A DNA stretch of 14,726 nt from contig JBFEXS010000051.1 in the NCBI GenBank assembly GCA_041562555.1, positions 1-14,726 of the forward strand, given 5' to 3'. Positions 10,136-14,726 of the stretch are shown here, in pieces; the stretch's first letter is position 1, and the number at the start of each line of letters is the position of its first letter. Origin of the DNA: Sulfurimonadaceae bacterium (lineage in GTDB: Bacteria; Campylobacterota; Campylobacteria; Campylobacterales; Sulfurimonadaceae). The notes below the pieces were generated by a model. The model was not told the DNA's origin and ran no database searches. It saw only the letters and a program-made list of their open reading frames with translations. The position numbers and the translations under genes were made by a program.

Positions 10136-10248
10136 ATACTCTCCTTTTTCTTTTTAATCACCATGATAGCGATGAAGATAACTACTGCGAGAACACCTAC
10201 CGTTGCAAGAATAAACCAAAACGGTACCGGTTCATGTAAACTCGGCAT
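10132..10248 (-). CDS. 38-aa single-pass membrane peptide (below the ORF-track cutoff)
   Basis: Manual translation [38 protein letters not shown]. The ATG overlaps the ileS stop (TAATG) and the TGA overlaps the gatA GTG (GTGA), so it fills the gap exactly. A hydrophobic helix is followed by KKKK. Confidence 0.85.
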
Positions 10249-13004
10249 TAGATCATTACCTTCGTACAACGTTCACACAGACAATCTTCAGCTTCCGCCT
10301 TGAATTTCCAACAACGAGGACATTTTGCCTCTTTTGCCTTGATGATTTTAAAGCTATCCTCTTCAACGGTAAAACTTCCAAGCTCAGCTTCATCATCACC
10401 AGTTCGTACCTGTGATACCTGGAACCAGTCCTCAGCATCAGTAGGGTTCATTTTTTGGATCTTTTCACTATTGGTCACGATCACCAATTCAAGGGTATCT
10501 TTGATCGTTTTCTCTTTTTTCAATCCATCAATGATCACAGAGAACTGATCCCTAGCTTCACTCATATATGTCTCCTCAAAGAGTGAAGCCGGTGCATCTA
10601 TTGATTCGTAGACCAAATCAAAGATATCTTCACCATCACCTTTAAGTACGGCAGGCAATGTATCAAAGATCTCATCAGCCGTATAGGTCAATACAGGAGC
10701 AAGCAGCATCAGCAAAGGTTTCAAGATGATCGCCATCGCAGACTGAGACCCGCGACGTGTTGCGGAATCTTTTCCATCACAATAGAGGCTGTCTTTGGTC
10801 ACCGCAAGGTAGATACCCGAAAGTTCATTTACAATAAAGTTCGTGATGACACTCATACCCTGGACATAATTGTACTGTTCAAAAAGACCGTGAGCGTCAT
10901 CAAAGACCTCACTCGCTTTCGAGACAATCCACTGATCCATCGCACCCAGTTCCTCATAACTCAGAATCGTTTCAAGATCATCGATATTCGCCAGTAAAAA
11001 TCGGAAAGTATTACGGATCTTTCTATACTGCTCTGCTGTCTGCTTCAAGATATCATCGGAGATCTTCAGGTCTGTCTGATAGTCCGAAAGTGCTACCCAT
11101 AGACGCAGGATTTCCGAACCATACTGATTGATCACCTTATCCGGAGCAATAACATTGCCCTTTGACTTTGACATCTTCTCACCCTTGGCATCAACGGTAA
11201 AACCGTGTGTCAAAAGCGCCTTATACGGTGCTTTATGCTCAACTGCCGCCGAGAGGAACAGTGAAGACTGGAACCACCCTCTATGCTGATCCGAACCTTC
11301 CAGATAAAGATCGGCCTGGTAGTTACCCGCATCGTAGTTTCTGCTCTTGATCACAGAGTTCCATGTTGATCCCGAATCGAACCATACATCCAGGATATCC
11401 CCTACTTTCTCTACCTCATCCGCCGTATAACCCGCGCCAGGATAAAGAAGATGTTCTGTCGGAAGTGAGTACCACGCATCCGAGCCCTGCATCTCAAAGA
11501 CCATCGCCGTATAGTTCAATACCTTCTCGTCCAGAAGTACTTCACCCGTTGCCTTTACTCTGAAAAATGCGATAGGTACACCCCAGTCACGCTGACGGGA
11601 GATACACCAATCCGGACGGTTCTCGACCATCGAGCTCAAGCGCTTTCTACCTGTCTCCGGATAGAATGATGTCTTGTTGACCTCATCCATCGCGATCTCA
11701 CGCAGACTTTTTTCCTCGCCCTCAGGGTTTTCATCCACAGAGATAAACCATTGGCGTGTCGCTCTAAAGATCAGCGGTGTATGTGAACGCCAGCAGTGCG
11801 GATAGGAGTGCATGAACTTCGAAACTTTAAGAAGTCTGTCACCCAACAGTTCATTGATCTTCTCATTACATTTGAAGATATGCTGCCCTACAAACTCTTC
11901 CGGGTTAGGCAGAAGTTTCTCACGCACAACCGTCTCATCGTAACATCCCGTCTCATCTACCGGCATCACCACTTCAAGATTGTATTTCAGTCCAACACGG
12001 TAGTCATCCTCACCATGCCCAGGAGCCGTATGAACACACCCTGTACCATTTTCCATCATGACATGTTCACCCAGTACGATCGTGGAAGCACGACCGTTAA
12101 GTGGGTTGATCGCATGCAGCTTGTCAAAGATCGTCGCGTCAAAAGTCTGAACAACCTTGCCTTTGACGACCTCTTGCTCTATCATCTGATCATACAGTTT
12201 TTGCGCAACGATATAGCCGTCTTCCGTTCGGACATATTTCTCCTCAGGATTCAAAGAGATACCTGTATTTGCAGGTAGCGTCCATGGTGTTGTCGTCCAG
12301 ATGACCAAAGCGGCATTGCCCTCAATAGAGGCACGTACTTTCGCTTCATCAGAGAGTTCGAAAGCGACAAAGATTGAAAAGTCCTCTTTGTCCTCATACT
12401 CCACCTCGGCTTCTGCCAATGCCGTACGTTCCGCCCATGACCAGAACACAGGTTTCGAACGCTCCGTTAAAAGCCCTTTTTTTGCTACCGCACACAGGGT
12501 ACGATAGATGTTCGCTTCAAACTTATAGTCCATTGTCACGTAAGGCTTATCCCAGTCAGCAATAATACCTAACTGTTTAAATTCCTCTCGCTGGATATCT
12601 ACAAACTTTGTTGCATGTTCTCTACAAAGCTTACGGATTTCTGCAGTCTCTAGTAGTTCTTTCTTCGCCTTACCCCCAAGCTTCTTTTCCACTTGTTGTT
12701 CGATCGGCAGACCATGACAATCCCATCCCGGTGTAAAACGGACTGACTTACCATTGAAATAGTTCTGTTTGACAATTATATCTTTTAAAATCTTATTGAG
12801 TGCATGTCCGATATGCGTATGTCCGTTCGCATATGGAGGGCCGTCGTGCAGAGTGAAACTTTCCGCACCCTCACGGTTTCTCTTCATCTTGGCATATACA
12901 TCTTTTTCAAACCACGCTTTATAGCGCGGTGCTTCATTATTAAGCAGGTTTCCGCGCATCGGAAACGCTGTGTTGGGTAAAAGAAGTGTATCTTTATAGT
13001 TCAT
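10248..13004 (-). CDS. ileS: Isoleucine--tRNA ligase (bacterial IleRS1 type)
   Basis: Motifs 'HDGPPYANGHTHIGH', 'GWDCHGLPIE', editing 'WTTTPWTL' and 'GTGCVHTAPGHGEDD', 'DWCISRQR', 'EGSDQHRGWF', 'KMSKS', and a C-terminal Zn finger CPRC...CERC. Start set at ATG 13004 (MNYKDTL) after AGGA. Confidence 0.98.
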   Translation of the reverse strand: MNYKDTLLLPNTAFPMRGNLLNNEAPRYKAWFEKDVYAKMKRNREGAESFTLHDGPPYANGHTHIGHALNKILKDIIVKQNYFNGKSVRFTPGWDCHGLPIEQQVEKKLGGKAKKELLETAEIRKLCREHATKFVDIQREEFKQLGIIADWDKPYVTMDYKFEANIYRTLCAVAKKGLLTERSKPVFWSWAERTALAEAEVEYEDKEDFSIFVAFELSDEAKVRASIEGNAALVIWTTTPWTLPANTGISLNPEEKYVRTEDGYIVAQKLYDQMIEQEVVKGKVVQTFDATIFDKLHAINPLNGRASTIVLGEHVMMENGTGCVHTAPGHGEDDYRVGLKYNLEVVMPVDETGCYDETVVREKLLPNPEEFVGQHIFKCNEKINELLGDRLLKVSKFMHSYPHCWRSHTPLIFRATRQWFISVDENPEGEEKSLREIAMDEVNKTSFYPETGRKRLSSMVENRPDWCISRQRDWGVPIAFFRVKATGEVLLDEKVLNYTAMVFEMQGSDAWYSLPTEHLLYPGAGYTADEVEKVGDILDVWFDSGSTWNSVIKSRNYDAGNYQADLYLEGSDQHRGWFQSSLFLSAAVEHKAPYKALLTHGFTVDAKGEKMSKSKGNVIAPDKVINQYGSEILRLWVALSDYQTDLKISDDILKQTAEQYRKIRNTFRFLLANIDDLETILSYEELGAMDQWIVSKASEVFDDAHGLFEQYNYVQGMSVITNFIVNELSGIYLAVTKDSLYCDGKDSATRRGSQSAMAIILKPLLMLLAPVLTYTADEIFDTLPAVLKGDGEDIFDLVYESIDAPASLFEETYMSEARDQFSVIIDGLKKEKTIKDTLELVIVTNSEKIQKMNPTDAEDWFQVSQVRTGDDEAELGSFTVEEDSFKIIKAKEAKCPRCWKFKAEAEDCLCERCTKVMI

Positions 13005-13045
13005 AGTCATCCTAAACATAGATTGTGTTTATTAAAAATTTTTGC

Positions 13046-13051
13046 ATTATA
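13046..13051 (-). promoter_or_regulatory. Putative sigma70 -10 box for the ileS operon
   Basis: Minus-strand TATAAT about 40 nt upstream of the ileS start, preceded by AT/T-rich tracts typical of Campylobacterota promoters. Confidence 0.6.
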
Positions 13052-13144
13052 TCTATAAAGCAATTAAAAAGGGCTGATATAAAGACTATTCTCGGTGAGT
13101 ACGAAACTTCGTGTACTAGGGTTTAAAAGTTGTTTTTTGAAGTA

Positions 13145-13153
13145 TGTTATACT
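13145..13153 (+). promoter_or_regulatory. Putative extended -10 promoter for cinA
   Basis: TGtTATACT (TGn + TAnnnT) 27 nt upstream of the GTG start, with T/A tracts upstream. Confidence 0.6.
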
Positions 13154-13180
13154 TTTTGCGAGAATACGCAAGGAACAGAT

Positions 13181-14272
13181 GTGGAAAAAATCGTATTATT
13201 CGTCGGTAGGAAGTTTCAGTCAAACACCTATTTTCAAGCTTATATCAAGCGGGAGATTCATAAGAGTATCGGTGATGTAGACACCTTTTATTTTTACCCT
13301 GAAAATGACAACAGTCTTTTTTTAGACCTTGAAAAACTGCTCAACAAAGAGGCGCAGCTCCTTATCATCGCTACGAAAACTGCAGTTAGCGTCATTGGAA
13401 AACTCTTATGTACGATCACTGCTGACAACCAGATCCTTAAAGAGAACATGCTCATACCCTCTTCCACATCCGTCTTTGAAGAGAGCACCTATCTGCTCCA
13501 ATATCAAAAAAGCTCCATCAACGTCATCATGGCCCAGGAGAACACCAACCTGCCACAGATCCTCATCAAGAACGAGACCCGTTTTGCAGACGTCCAGCTC
13601 TTTGAGATCGATATTGAGACCGCGAATGCCCTGCTCCTCCCTTTGGCACAGACCTATGAGGTCAAGCTCCACTTTTCGCGTCTTGTAGATGAATGGATAC
13701 AGCTTAACATCGAAAGTAAAAAGTACGGGAACATCTCGCAATTCATCTCCTCGGCCAAGTCCTTGCTGAACCATAAACTTATCCCTGCCTCCAATATGCC
13801 GGCTTTTATTATTGAAAAACTCTCCCACGCAAACAAGAAGGTCTCCCTTGCCGAATCCTGCACCGGAGGACTGATCGCATCGTACCTGACCAGTGAGAGT
13901 GGATCATCAGCTATCTTTGACGGCTCCCTTGTCACCTATTCCAATCGACTCAAGGCCAACTGGCTTGCCGTGGAAAATGCCACCCTGGAAGCCAAAGGGG
14001 CTGTGAGTGAAGAGGTGGTACTGGAGATGAGCGATGGCTGCTTGAATGTCAGTGATGCCGATTATGCCCTGGCGGTCAGCGGTGTAGCCGGTCCCGATGG
14101 AGGAAGCAAAGAAAAACCGGTAGGGACCGTCTACCTGTGCGCCCGATCGAAACAAAAGGTCATAACAAAACGTTTACAGCTCCAGGGGGACCGCAACTAT
14201 ATCCAGGAGCAATCGGCACTCTATGCAATAAAGATGCTGATAGCACTGGATAAAGAGCTCTTTTTTGCTTAA
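13181..14272 (+). CDS. cinA: CinA-family protein with a C-terminal NMN deamidase (PncC) domain and a divergent N-terminal region
   Basis: C-terminal motifs 'AESCTGG', 'VTYSNRLK', 'GAVSEEV', 'SGVAGPDGGS.EKPVGTV' and 'GDRNYI'. Start set at GTG 13181 after SD AAGGA. Confidence 0.9.
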   Translation: MEKIVLFVGRKFQSNTYFQAYIKREIHKSIGDVDTFYFYPENDNSLFLDLEKLLNKEAQLLIIATKTAVSVIGKLLCTITADNQILKENMLIPSSTSVFEESTYLLQYQKSSINVIMAQENTNLPQILIKNETRFADVQLFEIDIETANALLLPLAQTYEVKLHFSRLVDEWIQLNIESKKYGNISQFISSAKSLLNHKLIPASNMPAFIIEKLSHANKKVSLAESCTGGLIASYLTSESGSSAIFDGSLVTYSNRLKANWLAVENATLEAKGAVSEEVVLEMSDGCLNVSDADYALAVSGVAGPDGGSKEKPVGTVYLCARSKQKVITKRLQLQGDRNYIQEQSALYAIKMLIALDKELFFA

Positions 14273-14338
14273 ACAAAGTAACAAAAAGCTTTAAACATGG
14301 TTCATAAAAACTTTTTTTAAAACTTTTTCAAAAAAGTC

Positions 14339-14367
14339 TTGACAAATCAGGCTCATTTCTCTATAAT
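14339..14367 (+). promoter_or_regulatory. Consensus sigma70 promoter of the tRNA operon
   Basis: TTGACA (14339-14344), 17-bp spacer, TATAAT (14362-14367). GC-rich discriminator TTCGGCC downstream and A/T tracts upstream (UP-element-like). Confidence 0.9.
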
Positions 14368-14403
14368 TTCGGCCTCTTAAACGATACACGTTTAGAGAAA
14401 CAT

Positions 14404-14479
14404 GTCTTGTTAGCTCAGTTGGTAGAGCATCTCACTTTTAATGAGGATGCCGATGGTTCGAGTCCATCACAGGACACCA
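14404..14479 (+). tRNA. tRNA-Lys(TTT)
   Basis: Acceptor GTCTTGT/ACAGGAC. D arm GCTCAGTTGGTAGAGC. Anticodon arm TCTCA-CTTTTAA-TGAGG. T arm GATGG-TTCGAGT-CCATC. Encoded ACCA; 76 nt. Confidence 0.96.
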
Positions 14480-14496
14480 TTTTAAAACAGTAATAT

Positions 14497-14573
14497 GCGG
14501 TGGTAGTTCAGTTGGTTAGAATACCTGCCTGTCACGCAGGGGGTCGCGAGTTCGAGTCTCGTCCACCGCGCCA
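14497..14573 (+). tRNA. tRNA-Asp(GTC)
   Basis: Acceptor GCGGTGG/CCACCGC. Anticodon arm CCTGC-CTGTCAC-GCAGG. T arm GCGAG-TTCGAGT-CTCGT. G discriminator plus CCA; 77 nt. Confidence 0.97.
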
Positions 14574-14587
14574 TTATGTTTTAAGAC

Positions 14588-14663
14588 GGGCGTTTAGCTC
14601 AGTTGGTAGAGCGCTACCCTTACAAGGTAGATGTCACAAGTTCGAGTCTTGTAATGCCCACCA
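14588..14663 (+). tRNA. tRNA-Val(TAC)
   Basis: Acceptor GGGCGTT/AATGCCC. Anticodon arm CTACC-CTTACAA-GGTAG. T arm ACAAG-TTCGAGT-CTTGT. Encoded ACCA; 76 nt. Confidence 0.97.
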
Positions 14664-14708
14664 TTTTTTGATAGTTTTAGTAAAAATTATTATGTTGTTT
14701 AGTTACTT

Positions 14709-14726
14709 GACCCTTTCGTCTAGTGG
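14709..14726 (+). tRNA. 5' fragment of a fourth tRNA, probably tRNA-Glu (truncated by the window edge)
   Basis: GACCCTT-TC-GTCTAGTGG resembles the acceptor strand and D arm typical of bacterial tRNA-Glu. The anticodon lies outside the window. Confidence 0.65.

Noticed and set aside
13098..13117. Imperfect palindrome AGTACGAAACTTCGTGTACT between the divergent ileS and cinA promoters
   Set aside because: It is a single imperfect copy with no match to an operator I recognise, and it could arise by chance.
14300..14337. A/T-tract palindromes upstream of the tRNA promoter (ACTTTTT-CA-AAAAAGT)
   Set aside because: Low-complexity sequence adequately explained as the UP element or curved DNA of a stable-RNA promoter.
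14404..14726. tRNA cluster as an integration site for an island or prophage
   Set aside because: There is no integrase, no duplicated tRNA 3' end and no compositional shift inside the window. Sequence to the right is not visible.

Overview
A mostly housekeeping region of a Campylobacterota (Epsilonproteobacteria) chromosome, probably Sulfurimonas/Sulfurovum-like. The taxon is inferred from gene order, the 'IAHQWRQPL' kinase H-box and the promoter style. A long minus-strand run reads: ileS, a 38-aa membrane peptide, gatA, guaB, a 252-bp repeat-rich spacer, metY, metX, xseB, a nitrilase-fold protein, a 7TM-DISM histidine kinase, a ThiF/MoeB-like E1, and a methyltransferase-GNAT fusion truncated at the left edge. 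Divergent from ileS are a CinA/PncC gene and a consensus sigma70 promoter driving tRNA-Lys, Asp, Val and a probable truncated Glu. I see no mobile element, CRISPR array or defence system. The best candidate for something undescribed is the guaB-metY spacer. It holds two 15-bp-periodic pairs of an ATGGAAAACA repeat (ANGGA-rich on the mRNA strand) around a Shine-Dalgarno (SD)-led 7-aa uORF with alternative hairpins. Secondary points are two ORFs missing from the track and several enzymes with degenerate catalytic motifs. All calls come from manual reading; no searches were run.
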